Below the pieces are notes generated by a model. It was not told where the DNA came from. It made no database searches and saw only the letters and a program-made list of their open reading frames with translations. Positions 48,974-58,338 of a DNA stretch of 64,000 nt are shown one piece after another; the stretch's first letter is position 1, and every line of letters begins with the position of its first letter. Source of the DNA: Candidatus Freyarchaeum deiterrae. Lineage in GTDB: Archaea > Asgardarchaeota > Jordiarchaeia > Jordiarchaeales > Jordiarchaeaceae. The stretch lies in contig CP147778.1 of the NCBI GenBank assembly GCA_037305845.1, positions 576,001 through 640,000 on the forward strand. Direction: 5' to 3'. The position numbers and the translations under genes are program-made.

Positions 48974-49133
48974 ATGTGTCTGACAAAGAATCCGTTGCCG
49001 AAGCCCTTGGAAATCACCATGCTGGGCTATGAGGTAGTCGAGAAGATAGAAGCTCTACACCACATCGGCCAGAATACTACTCCCAAAAGATTGGGTCGGA
49101 AAAAGGGTCAGAGTTGTCCGACTGGCCTCCTAA
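48974..49133 (+). pseudogene. Frameshifted DUF2080-like (transposon-associated, AbrB-like) small gene
   Basis: ...GYEVVEKIEA then, after a frame change, TTSARILLPKDWVGKRVRVVRLAS*. Confidence 0.6.
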
Positions 49134-49300
49134 AAGGACGGTTGGGAGAAGAGCTAAGTACATACGATAATAAAAAAGATTTTTTTATAAATCTAATAAT
49201 CTTAAAATAGATAAGAGGCTTCAATCTCCGAAAGGCGTAAATTTAGACATGGTTACACATGCTAATTGTAAAATTTTAGATTATTACTAGAGGACTTGAA

Positions 49301-49495
49301 ATGTTTATTAATATTCTCGGAACTACTGGCATGTGCGGATGTCCAAGTCATTATTTGAGACCAGGATTCGGAGAAGGCGTAACGGAAATCTTAACAAAAG
49401 GGGAAAGGACAGAAACGCTAAAGGATTACAAAAGAATCCCAGAGAAAGAGCTTGAAAGTGTGAATTGGGGAATGAGAAGGCTCAAAGGAGAATAG
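49301..49495 (+). CDS. Degenerate second copy of the DUF5320-like protein
   Basis: GMCGCPSHYLRPGF...KDYKR.PEKELESV aligns to 46831..47049 but the N-terminus differs. Confidence 0.5.
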   Translation: MFINILGTTGMCGCPSHYLRPGFGEGVTEILTKGERTETLKDYKRIPEKELESVNWGMRRLKGE

Positions 49496-49513
49496 AGGGG
49501 GGCATTAAGTACA

Positions 49514-50440
49514 TTGAGCAGTATCATAAAAGTAAGTAATCTTACCAAGTATTATGGCGAGCTAACAGCTGTCGATCACCTAAGCTTCGAGGTTGAGAAG
49601 GGAGAGTTCTTCGGCTTTCTTGGCCCAAATGGGGCGGGTAAAACCACCACCATCAGGATGCTCACCGGGATAATTGAGCCGGATGAAGGAACAGCACAAA
49701 TAATGGGTCATGATATTCGCCGCGAAACAGTAAAGGCCAAGGAGGTTATGGGAATTTTGCCAGAAACGGCAAATGCGTACGTAGACATCTCCGCTTGGCA
49801 CAACCTTATGCTCATGGGAGAGCTCTATGATGTTCCCAAAAAAGAGAGAGAAGAGAGGGCTAAGGAATTACTTGAGAGGTTTGATCTTTACGATAGAAAG
49901 GATAGTCATGTAAAAGATTTTTCTCATGGAATGACGCAAAGATTGATGATATGTATGGCTCTAATACACACGCCCCCGGTTCTATTTCTGGACGAACCTA
50001 CAACTGCACTCGATGTTCATAGCACTAGGCTCATCCGAAGCATGCTTCGAGAACTAAATGAAAATGGAGTCACCATATTTTTAACAACTCACAATATGGA
50101 AGAGGCTAATCTACTGTGTGAGAGAGTAGCTATCATTAACCATGGGAAAATAGCAGCAATAGATAGCCCTGAAAAGCTTAAAGTCAGAATTGGCGGATTG
50201 AACTCGGTGGAGGTTAGCTTCACCTCGCCCCCTAATTTAGAAGAATTAGCTGAAATACCTTCAGTGAGGGAAGTGAAAAGATTTGGAGATAAGGTCAGAC
50301 TGTACACCAGTAATCCTGGTGAGGTAGCAATGAGCGTAACTGAGTATGCGCAAAAGATTAATTCGAGTATAGTGACTATTCAGACGCTTTCCCCAAACCT
50401 TGAGGAAGTGTTTGTTATGCTCACAGAGGGAAAGGAGTGA
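49514..50440 (+). CDS. ABC-2 exporter ATP-binding subunit, copy 2
   Basis: Walker motifs; close paralog of copy 1. Confidence 0.95.
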   Translation: MSSIIKVSNLTKYYGELTAVDHLSFEVEKGEFFGFLGPNGAGKTTTIRMLTGIIEPDEGTAQIMGHDIRRETVKAKEVMGILPETANAYVDISAWHNLMLMGELYDVPKKEREERAKELLERFDLYDRKDSHVKDFSHGMTQRLMICMALIHTPPVLFLDEPTTALDVHSTRLIRSMLRELNENGVTIFLTTHNMEEANLLCERVAIINHGKIAAIDSPEKLKVRIGGLNSVEVSFTSPPNLEELAEIPSVREVKRFGDKVRLYTSNPGEVAMSVTEYAQKINSSIVTIQTLSPNLEEVFVMLTEGKE

Positions 50441-50449
50441 AAGGCAACT

Positions 50450-51205
50450 ATGATATTTAACGGAGGATTCAATAAGCAAATGAAACATGCACTTGCTATA
50501 GCAAAAAAGGACATTCGTATATACTACTTAAAGGGCTCAGTATTCACTTTCGGAGTATTAATTCCTTTATTCCTCTTCTTAGCGTTCTCCGTTGGAAGAA
50601 ATATTCCTATAGGTCAACAGATATCCGGCTTATTGGGAATGACTCTGTTATTTACGGCAACAGCTGTAAGCCCGATAATCATGCCATGGGAAGGGACTAG
50701 GAGAACACTTGAGAGATTGGTTTCTACTCCGGTCTCTCTTTCAACGATCATACTGGGGGATGTAATTGCTTCGTTCATATTTGGAATTATTATATCTATT
50801 GTGCCTATTGCTGCCGGGCTAATTATTGGCGTACCCATAGAGAATCCTATAATACTGGTAGTGGGGATAATACTTGCATCATTCTGCTTTTCTTGCATCG
50901 GAGAACTGTTCGCCACACCACCCACAAACGTACCCTCCACGATAATGATGCTTTCGTCGCTAATAAAATTCCCACTATTATTTGTCAGCGGAATCTTCGT
51001 ACCAATTCAACAATTGCCCGGATGGGGGCAGGCAGTAGCGGTCTTCTCTCCCCTCACCTATTTTACAGACCTAGCAAATTATGTAACTCAGGGGTCGGGG
51101 TATTTCCCAGTATTTGTGGACATAGGAATGCTCATACTGTTTAGCGCGATCTTCCTCCTCGCAGCAATATATCTCCACAAGCGAACTCTATCAAGCAGAC
51201 TATAA
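50450..51205 (+). CDS. ABC-2 permease, copy 2
   Basis: Paralog of 48008..48763. Confidence 0.92.
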   Translation: MIFNGGFNKQMKHALAIAKKDIRIYYLKGSVFTFGVLIPLFLFLAFSVGRNIPIGQQISGLLGMTLLFTATAVSPIIMPWEGTRRTLERLVSTPVSLSTIILGDVIASFIFGIIISIVPIAAGLIIGVPIENPIILVVGIILASFCFSCIGELFATPPTNVPSTIMMLSSLIKFPLLFVSGIFVPIQQLPGWGQAVAVFSPLTYFTDLANYVTQGSGYFPVFVDIGMLILFSAIFLLAAIYLHKRTLSSRL

Positions 51206-51434
51206 ACACAATCACGAGACTCTGAAGCCTTTAACTTCTTAATTATTATTCGTTCAGCCTCAATATTTGATCTTGTCAACACAAATCCAGCATACGCTAT
51301 CAGTTTAAAAGAATCTATAAGATAATCATTTAAAAATCAAGATATAAATTCTAAAATTTTAAAGGCTAAATGTATTTTTTCGTATATTCTCATATTTGTC
51401 GTCTAAAAAAGGGAAATTGGTGTGTGTTGTTTTT

Positions 51435-52601
51435 CTATTTACAACTAGTCTTGGTTATTTTCTCGGGAACAGGGGTTATTTTCTCCTTGAATAGTTTCTT
51501 TTTGAGCCAGAAGGAAACGGTTACCAGGTTTATGAGTACTGGAACCTCTATTAGTGGTCCTATAACTGCGGCGAATGCCTGACCCGAGGCTATGCCGAAA
51601 ACCCCTATGCAGACCGCTATTGCCAACTCAAAGTTATTACTTGCAGCCGTGAAGGATATGGTTGCTGTTTGCTCATAGCTAAATCCTAGACGCCAAGACA
51701 TCACGTAAGACACTAGGAACATTATAAAGAAGTATATGAGCAAGGGTATCGCAATTCTTAGGACATCAAAGGGATGAGTAAGGATTTTTCCACCCTGCAG
51801 TGAGAACATTACAACAACGGTGAAGAGTAGACCCACCAAAGCTGTTGGAGCAAGTTTGTTAACAAAGTGGCCATCGTACCACGCTTTTCCTCTTCTCTTG
51901 ACCAGAGCGTATCTAGTGATCATACCCGCAAAGAGTGGTACGCCCAAATAAATTGTAACACTCTTAGCTATATCAAGAAGTGATATGTTTACCGTCACAG
52001 CGCCTGTTAGGCTCAGTATCCAGGTGGGTACCCCTAGGAGTGTTAGAATCCCGCTTGATCCCGCAAGCCATGTCGGTGTTCCGGTGAGCCATGAGGGCAG
52101 TAGGGTGATAAACAGGTAAGCTAATGGAGAGTACATTATTATTTGGAAAACCGAATTTAGGGCGACCAGAACCGCGCAGAGTTCACACTCTCCTCTTGCG
52201 AGCTGGTTCCAAACAAGAACCATTGCTATGCAGCGAGCTAGGCCAACAATTATAAGCCCCATCCGGTATTCTGGTAAATCCGGGAGGAAAATCCATGCTA
52301 GTATAAACATTAGGATTGGACCAATGATCCAGTTTTGAACTAGGGAGACCCCGAACGCTTTTTTTTCTCCGCGGAGTTTTGAGAGTTCTTCGTATTTTAC
52401 TCTAGCAAGAGGCGGATACATCATCCATACGAGGCCTATAGCGATGGGTAGTGAAACAGCACCTAAACTCAATTCGTTAAGGAATCCGGGAATCTCAGGA
52501 AACAGGGCGCCTAGTAGAACGCCTATAGCCATGGCAATAAAAATCCACAGGGTTAGAAATCTGTTCAAAAGTGAGAGCTTTTCAGCTTGTTGCCCCGACA
52601 T
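51435..52601 (-). CDS. acr3: Acr3 arsenite efflux permease
   Basis: [29 protein letters not shown] and GPLIEVPVL motifs. Confidence 0.96.
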   Translation of the reverse strand: MSGQQAEKLSLLNRFLTLWIFIAMAIGVLLGALFPEIPGFLNELSLGAVSLPIAIGLVWMMYPPLARVKYEELSKLRGEKKAFGVSLVQNWIIGPILMFILAWIFLPDLPEYRMGLIIVGLARCIAMVLVWNQLARGECELCAVLVALNSVFQIIMYSPLAYLFITLLPSWLTGTPTWLAGSSGILTLLGVPTWILSLTGAVTVNISLLDIAKSVTIYLGVPLFAGMITRYALVKRRGKAWYDGHFVNKLAPTALVGLLFTVVVMFSLQGGKILTHPFDVLRIAIPLLIYFFIMFLVSYVMSWRLGFSYEQTATISFTAASNNFELAIAVCIGVFGIASGQAFAAVIGPLIEVPVLINLVTVSFWLKKKLFKEKITPVPEKITKTSCK

Positions 52602-52680
52602 AAACTGTTTCCTCTCATTTTTGGAATACTATCATTATTCTCTTTTTTTGGCTTATAATTACAGTGTTCGGTTTTAGTTT

Positions 52681-52704
52681 ATATATCGATAAATGTAAAT
52701 ATAT
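52681..52704. promoter_or_regulatory. Putative ArsR box A (upstream of acr3)
   Basis: ATATATCGAT-AAAT-GTAAATATAT, similar to three other island sites. Confidence 0.5.
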
Positions 52705-52983
52705 CTATTTTAGGGTAACTTTTTGCGTTATAGTATTTAAATATAATGGTGTTACTCTTAGCTGTGAGACTTTAATTTCAAAGGCTTTTGACCTTTTTAA
52801 TTTGGGGAGGTACCAGTAACTTGTTAGGGGAAAGCCTTTTTTCTGAGCATTAACCATATGCTTTTCCTTAACCAACACCAATATTAAAGATTGGATTGGA
52901 GTCTTACGAATTGCATTTTGGACTTTCCCAAGTCAATATTTACCTACGGTACCCGGATTCAATATTGAAAACTAAACAGTTAA

Positions 52984-53007
52984 ACTTATCAATTTATGAT
53001 AATATAG
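52984..53007. promoter_or_regulatory. Putative ArsR box C (upstream of the radical SAM gene)
   Basis: ACTTATCAAT-TTAT-GATAATATAG. Confidence 0.35.
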
Positions 53008-53128
53008 ATACAACAAAAATGTCGGAAACGGAAAAAGATTAACCACTATAATGCTTTATTAAAAGCATCAAGTATTGTTAGAGGAGTGCACAACTCAAAT
53101 CTTTTATGAGATTTGAATAGAAGGAGGA

Positions 53129-54586
53129 GTGACCACGAGCGGGATAACATCTTCGGTAGAGGTTTTAAAATCTACCATCGATAACAGATTTGTGCGTTTT
53201 CTTTTAAGAAGGCTAACCAGTAAGTGCGAAAAGGATGGCAAGAGCCGCCTAGGTGTCGCTCTGGAGCTCTTCTCAGGCGCAAGAGAAAAGGGTTGTTTCA
53301 CGTGCAGCCATTTAGCTCTACCTATTGTTCGCTGGGCTATAGGCAGGGGAGGATCGGCATTTGGTGTTTCGGGAGAGGATATGAAAAATAGATTCAAGGA
53401 TCCTTACTGGTGCACTGGTCTTATAGATGTGATTAAGGGAATTGCAAAGTATGGCATAAAAAAACCATTCGTTCCCGGTGCGCCGTTCCTGATTGTGTGG
53501 GATTACACAAACGCCTGCAACTTGAAATGCAAACACTGCTACGCCTCTGCTGGAAAACCCTTACCTAACGAGTTGAGTAGTGAAGAGGCACTTAGAATTG
53601 CGGACGAGCTTGCCGATGCCGGAGTTACCGCTGTTGCCTTTTCAGGTGGAGAACCCTTGATGCGAAAAGACATTTTCAAAACCATAAAACGTCTGAGAGA
53701 CCATGGAGTGTACCCAGCCGTGGCATCAAACGGGACTCTCATAAACAAAGAAATGGCTAAGAAACTTGCGAAAAGTGGTGTGGGTTTTGTGCAGATAAGC
53801 CTCGACGGAGCAAATTCCAATACCCACGACAGTTTTCGTGGCATACCCGGAGCGTACGAGGAAACGCTCTTAGGAATAAAGAACTGCGTCGAAAACGATT
53901 TATTTGTTGAGGCATCAACTACAGCCACAAAACTGAACTATTTGGAGATTCCAAGAATCGCAGATCTATGCGAGGAGCTTGGCGTTGACTGGTACATGAT
54001 TTACAACTTTGTGCCGACGGGTAGAGGGAACTTCATCACAGAAAACGACCTCTCTCCAGAGGAGAGAGAAGAACTACTCAAAACGCTGTGGAAAAGACTA
54101 CGTAATGGTGGAAAAATGCAATATCTGTCCACCGCTCCTCAGTTTGCAAGAGTCGCCCTACAAGATGAAAATGGATCGGAAAATAGGATTATACCAGGGC
54201 ACTTCTACAATCCTGTTCTTGCGGACCAGCTTCAAAACTTGGGAGATTTTATCGGTGGATGTGGAGCGGGGAGAATGTATGCAGGTCTTGAACCAGATGG
54301 TACTCTTAAGCCATGTGTTTTCCTGCCATTAAAATTGGGAAATCTTCGGGAGCAGAAACTTGAAGAAATATGGGACAGCCACCCTATTCTGAAAACTCTT
54401 AGAGACAGAACCCAGCTGAAAGGAAATTGTAGGAAATGCCAGTATAGAGAAATGTGTGGAGGATGCAGAGCCAGAGCCTACGGATACTTCGGTGACATCA
54501 CCGCTCCTGACCCGGGATGCATAAACAACACAGATGCTTTCGAAAAAATAGTAGAAAAAGAAAAGGAAAAAGAGATCAGTATTTGA
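53129..54586 (+). CDS. Radical SAM protein with SPASM domain and Cys-bearing N-terminal extension
   Basis: CNLKCKHC, SGGEP, GCGAG and CRKCQYREMCGGCRARA...DPGC; N-terminal KC...CFTC. Confidence 0.92.
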   Translation: MTTSGITSSVEVLKSTIDNRFVRFLLRRLTSKCEKDGKSRLGVALELFSGAREKGCFTCSHLALPIVRWAIGRGGSAFGVSGEDMKNRFKDPYWCTGLIDVIKGIAKYGIKKPFVPGAPFLIVWDYTNACNLKCKHCYASAGKPLPNELSSEEALRIADELADAGVTAVAFSGGEPLMRKDIFKTIKRLRDHGVYPAVASNGTLINKEMAKKLAKSGVGFVQISLDGANSNTHDSFRGIPGAYEETLLGIKNCVENDLFVEASTTATKLNYLEIPRIADLCEELGVDWYMIYNFVPTGRGNFITENDLSPEEREELLKTLWKRLRNGGKMQYLSTAPQFARVALQDENGSENRIIPGHFYNPVLADQLQNLGDFIGGCGAGRMYAGLEPDGTLKPCVFLPLKLGNLREQKLEEIWDSHPILKTLRDRTQLKGNCRKCQYREMCGGCRARAYGYFGDITAPDPGCINNTDAFEKIVEKEKEKEISI

Positions 54587-54739
54587 ACAAATCGCTGCAT
54601 ATCAATCTGAACTTCTCTATTTTTCTTCAATTGCAGGATGCCCTTCAATTTCTTCTCAAATGATTCTGTGCTAAAAAGGTTTTAGAGATTTATTTGAAAG
54701 AGACATTAAGTTACATCTATTTTATCAATTTAATGGAAA

Positions 54740-55165
54740 TCATTGGTTTTCATAAAGTTCGTCTACTTTTTTTACAATTTCTTCCGCGATTTTCTCTGCT
54801 AATTTGTAACCCGCATCGCCTAATTCTTCTCTGGAATTAGGAATCAGATCAGGGTGTTTTTCCATTATTTCTTTTACTCGAACAGTTGCTGCCACAGGAC
54901 CGCTATAATTTTCTACTGCAATTTTGGCGCATTCTTCTTCGCATCCTTCAATTGTGATGGTTGGGTGGGTTTCTGCGAATTCTCTTTCTTCATTTCCACC
55001 ATGTCTTTCTAATCCCCCTGCCATGAATAGTGGTTGACACAGAATTACAGTCTTATCTGGGCGTAGCTTTTCAACAACTATTCTGGCAGCAGCTCGAGAC
55101 AGGGTGCCCTCAACTAAATTTTCTCCGCTGCATGCGATAATCCCAATTTTCTGTTTTATGGGCAC
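54740..55165 (-). CDS. DGC-domain (putative metal-binding) protein, type B copy 2
   Basis: ACSG...LCQP...EGCEEECA four-Cys pattern. Confidence 0.85.
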   Translation of the reverse strand: MPIKQKIGIIACSGENLVEGTLSRAAARIVVEKLRPDKTVILCQPLFMAGGLERHGGNEEREFAETHPTITIEGCEEECAKIAVENYSGPVAATVRVKEIMEKHPDLIPNSREELGDAGYKLAEKIAEEIVKKVDELYENQ

Positions 55166-55602
55166 TAGTAATCACCCTCCTTTTTTTCTCCCAGTAACTC
55201 ATCAATTTTTTGTGTGATTTTTTCCGCAAGTTTACGAGATAATTTTTTCGCGTTTTTTCCTAAAGGAAAAACACTTTCCTCGGGTTTTAAATCACGGTTT
55301 TCTTTCAATATATCTGTGGTCATGAATTGAGCATCAACTTTTCCAACAGCTTCGGAAACATCATTATACGCACACTTGAGAGGGCAACCATCAATCACAA
55401 TGACCTTGTTCGATTTTAGTTTATCAATCACTTCCTTTTTACCTTTAACAATTAATGGAAGACATTCAATATCAGACTTGCCTTTAGCTAACTCATTCAC
55501 CACAATATATGCAGCTTCTCTGCCTAGTCCACCAAAAACTTTTCCGATTCCACTGCAAGGAAGTACATAAACTATTTTATTTGTTAATTTAATCGCCTCC
55601 AC
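55165..55602 (-). CDS. DGC-domain protein, type A copy 2
   Basis: PCSG...CLP...DGCPLKCA. Confidence 0.85.
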   Translation of the reverse strand: MEAIKLTNKIVYVLPCSGIGKVFGGLGREAAYIVVNELAKGKSDIECLPLIVKGKKEVIDKLKSNKVIVIDGCPLKCAYNDVSEAVGKVDAQFMTTDILKENRDLKPEESVFPLGKNAKKLSRKLAEKITQKIDELLGEKKEGDY

Positions 55603-56470
55603 TTTTTTTCATGTGTTTTCTTTCCTCTTCTATTTTCTTTTTCATATGCTCAAAATAAGCAGGTCCGTCCATTAGCAATTCTTTATCTTCTTCAAAATTT
55701 TTCAATTCTACTTCTACAAACCATCCTCCACCATAAGGGTCTTGATTCAATAGATGCGGTGAAGCTTCTAATTCCTTGTTCACAGCAGTAACTTTGCCTG
55801 AAGCGGGAGTAATCAGTTGAAGAATAGTCTTAATAGATTCAAAGGATCCGACATCACCGAACTGCTCAAATTCTAAACCAATTTCGGGAAGTTCGACAAA
55901 AATTATGTCACTCGCTTTATTTTGGAGAAAATCGGAAATACCCATAAGTGCTTTTTCACCATTGGGTTTTACCCAACAATCATTTTCATTAAAATAGTAG
56001 CCAGACTTAGGAACTTTGAAATGAAATTTGTCTACAGTAGTTTCAAAATATTCAATTTTGCCTAATTCCCGAACTTCAGTTACTTCTTCCCTTGATTCTT
56101 TTAGATAATCCAAAATCTCTGTTGCCATACACCCCGCTAACTTTTGCCCTTCCTCACTCAAAATGAGAGATTTTCCCGGCTTTAACTTATATTTTTTAGT
56201 CATGTCAGGAGTAAAGATTTTTTTCCTCGGTTTTAGGGATTTTTGATCAATCAACTTGGTTGCACAGCGAGTCATACACCCATCAATCACAATTATATCA
56301 GATTCCTTCAAAATCTCTTCATATTTTTCGTTACCAGTATTTAATAGAACTGGACATATTAGCTCAATATCAGGATCTTTTTCTATTACTTTTAATGCAG
56401 CATTTCTAGTAATTACGCCTAGAGATTTATCAAGTCCATTGCACGGTAAAATGCAGACTTTTTTTTTCAT
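55589..56470 (-). CDS. DGC domain fused to a GcvH-like lipoyl-carrier domain
   Basis: N-terminal PCNG...CPV...DGCMTRCA; C-terminal WV...GISDF...ESIKT (Lys214, codon 55831-55829)...NQDPYGGGW. Confidence 0.9.
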   Translation of the reverse strand: MKKKVCILPCNGLDKSLGVITRNAALKVIEKDPDIELICPVLLNTGNEKYEEILKESDIIVIDGCMTRCATKLIDQKSLKPRKKIFTPDMTKKYKLKPGKSLILSEEGQKLAGCMATEILDYLKESREEVTEVRELGKIEYFETTVDKFHFKVPKSGYYFNENDCWVKPNGEKALMGISDFLQNKASDIIFVELPEIGLEFEQFGDVGSFESIKTILQLITPASGKVTAVNKELEASPHLLNQDPYGGGWFVEVELKNFEEDKELLMDGPAYFEHMKKKIEEERKHMKKSGGD

Positions 56471-56476
56471 TGAGGC

Positions 56477-56785
56477 TCACCTTGTTTCGTTTTCCTTTCT
56501 TTGTTTTTTAATTAATTCGGTAATTTCCTTTTTATCTGGAAATGAAAGAGCATCCGGGGCACATGTTTTGGCGCAAGCCCGACAAAAAACCACACAATTG
56601 TATGGATTTTTAACTATCAATTTCTTGTCTTCATTTTCTCTTCTTTCATAGACATTGTGAGGACAAAACTTGTCGCATTCCATGCAGAAATTACATTTAT
56701 TATAATCGATTGTAGGGAACCAAGGAATTTTTTTTCGAGGAACCCCCATAAAAGTCTCTTTATCTGCATCATATTCTTTACTCAT
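56477..56785 (-). CDS. 4Fe-4S dicluster ferredoxin-like protein
   Basis: CNFCMECDKFCP and CVVFCRACAKTC. Confidence 0.9.
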   Translation of the reverse strand: MSKEYDADKETFMGVPRKKIPWFPTIDYNKCNFCMECDKFCPHNVYERRENEDKKLIVKNPYNCVVFCRACAKTCAPDALSFPDKKEITELIKKQRKENETR

Positions 56786-57168
56786 TTTTTCCCCTCCTTC
56801 TTTTCATTGTACTCGTTTAATGTTTTTTCGACCAATTCTACAGCTTCATCAGTTGTCTTTTCTCGTACATCAAGTGGTATAAGGTCTTTTTCTACATCAA
56901 GTCCTGCTTTTTTAAAAGCGTCTCGAAACAATTTGTATTGCATATTAGGAGCACATCCGGCAACCAGATACTTTCTTCCAGGACGCAAAAAATCACCTAG
57001 AAAGCGATCTCCATCAACCTCACAAAGCTGAGGATGAATAAACGCATACTCCACGGGGAGTTCTACCCGTACTCGGTTAATAAAATCCCAAATATCCATT
57101 TTTGCAAACCCAGGACATTTACCAGTGCATACGCACATTATAACTCCAACATTTTTTTCTTCGCTCAT
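56782..57168 (-). CDS. Stand-alone protein resembling the HdrA N-terminal domain
   Basis: VGVIMCVC...QLC..DG...VAGCAP...FR....AGL...DVRE parallels the HdrA N-terminus (GVYVCHC...C...VAACSP...NIRE). Confidence 0.75.
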   Translation of the reverse strand: MSEEKNVGVIMCVCTGKCPGFAKMDIWDFINRVRVELPVEYAFIHPQLCEVDGDRFLGDFLRPGRKYLVAGCAPNMQYKLFRDAFKKAGLDVEKDLIPLDVREKTTDEAVELVEKTLNEYNEKKEGKK

Positions 57169-57272
57169 TTTAATTATTCTCCTTTTTTATGATATTCATC
57201 AAAATTTTTTGATGCTTCTAAATAACTATGCCTTTTTACTCGATTAACTAAAGCTAATTTATCAACTATTTT

Positions 57273-57713
57273 TCATTTCTCTTGTTCTTCCTCGTTCGTC
57301 TGTTTCATTTCGCTTAGTATTCTGTCCACTTCCTCTGCGATTTTCTCCGCAACTCTCTGAGCCAGCTTTTCGCCTTCTTCATCTAGTTTAGCTCTGGATT
57401 CAGCTTTGAGCTTACATTCATTCATTATCTCGGGAATCTGAATTACCGCAGCCAAGTTTCCTTTATGCTTTCTAATACTCTTTTCAGCACATCTCTTGTC
57501 ACAACCATCAACGACAATTGTGGGTTGTTTCTTAACAAAATCCTGATCTTCTTTTCCACCAGCAAGGTAGAGAGGTAAGCAGATTGTCATGGTTTGGGTG
57601 GGTCTTAACTTCTCCAAAACGATACGCACAGCAATCCTGGTGACTGTTCCCTCCGGTATTTCTTCACCACTGCAAGGTACAATTCCCACTATAGGTATCA
57701 TCAACACCTTCAA
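57273..57713 (-). CDS. DGC-domain protein, type B copy 1
   Basis: PCSGEE..EGT...CLP...DGCDKRCA. Confidence 0.85.
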   Translation of the reverse strand: MKVLMIPIVGIVPCSGEEIPEGTVTRIAVRIVLEKLRPTQTMTICLPLYLAGGKEDQDFVKKQPTIVVDGCDKRCAEKSIRKHKGNLAAVIQIPEIMNECKLKAESRAKLDEEGEKLAQRVAEKIAEEVDRILSEMKQTNEEEQEK

Positions 57714-58108
57714 CCTCCTTCAGACTCTAATATCCTATCAATTTCTAGTGCAATTTTTTGAGCCATTATTTCTGCTAACCTTTTCCCCTTTGGGTCAAGT
57801 TCTCTTATGGCAGTTTGATTAGGCTTCAAGTCTCTGTTTTCTTTCAGCACACTGGTAACATTAACTTTGTTAACTATTCTTCCGCCAGCGTTTTTGACCG
57901 CTAACTCTGCACACTCTGTTGGGCAACCGTTAATAACGATACATAGGTTCTCTTGAACGAGCCTCCTAGCATCATCGTCCCCCACCACCAGCAACGGTAG
58001 ACAAGTGATTAAGGTTTTTTCTGGTCTCAGTTGCTCGACAACCTTGTAGGCTGCTTCGCGTGTAATTGTTCCAAAAACTTTTCCCACACCACTGCACGGT
58101 AAAACCAC
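57710..58108 (-). CDS. DGC-domain protein, type A copy 1 (homology extends to CTG at 58123)
   Basis: PCSGVGKVFG...CLP...NGCPTECA. Confidence 0.8.
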   Translation of the reverse strand: MVLPCSGVGKVFGTITREAAYKVVEQLRPEKTLITCLPLLVVGDDDARRLVQENLCIVINGCPTECAELAVKNAGGRIVNKVNVTSVLKENRDLKPNQTAIRELDPKGKRLAEIMAQKIALEIDRILESEGG

Positions 58109-58115
58109 AACTTTT

Positions 58116-58235
58116 TTAGTCAGCTTTCAATTCCTCCTTTATTACTTTCTTTACGCCTAGGTTCCATCCACCCTTTGCGATAGATACTGGCAAAATTCTA
58201 ACCTCTTGTTCCTTTTTGAATTTCTCATTCCCATA
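58116..58235 (-). pseudogene. Short remnant reading frame at the head of the DGC operon
   Basis: AGGAGG and ATG at 58234; a shifted frame reads GNEKFKKEQEVRILPVSIAKGGWNLGVKKVIKEELKAD* and its stop overlaps the start region of the next gene. Confidence 0.35.
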
Positions 58236-58314
58236 TGAGATTTCCTCCTAATTGTAAAGATAGGTAAGGGATCAGATTTTCTGTTATTGACACAACTGGC
58301 GTGGAAGGATTTAA

Positions 58315-58338
58315 ATTTATCGTTTCATGACGATATAT
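58315..58338. promoter_or_regulatory. Putative ArsR box B (upstream of the DGC operon)
   Basis: ATTTATCGTT-TCAT-GACGATATAT imperfect palindrome. Confidence 0.5.

Noticed and set aside
55589-56470. Ordinary glycine cleavage H protein linked to glyA
   Set aside because: It is fused to a DGC domain, has no P/T/L genes nearby, and glyA is over 20 kb away in an unrelated context.
54740-58108. Selenocysteine in the DGC-cluster genes
   Set aside because: All motif Cys positions use Cys codons, and the TGA codons present are terminal, several overlapping the next start.
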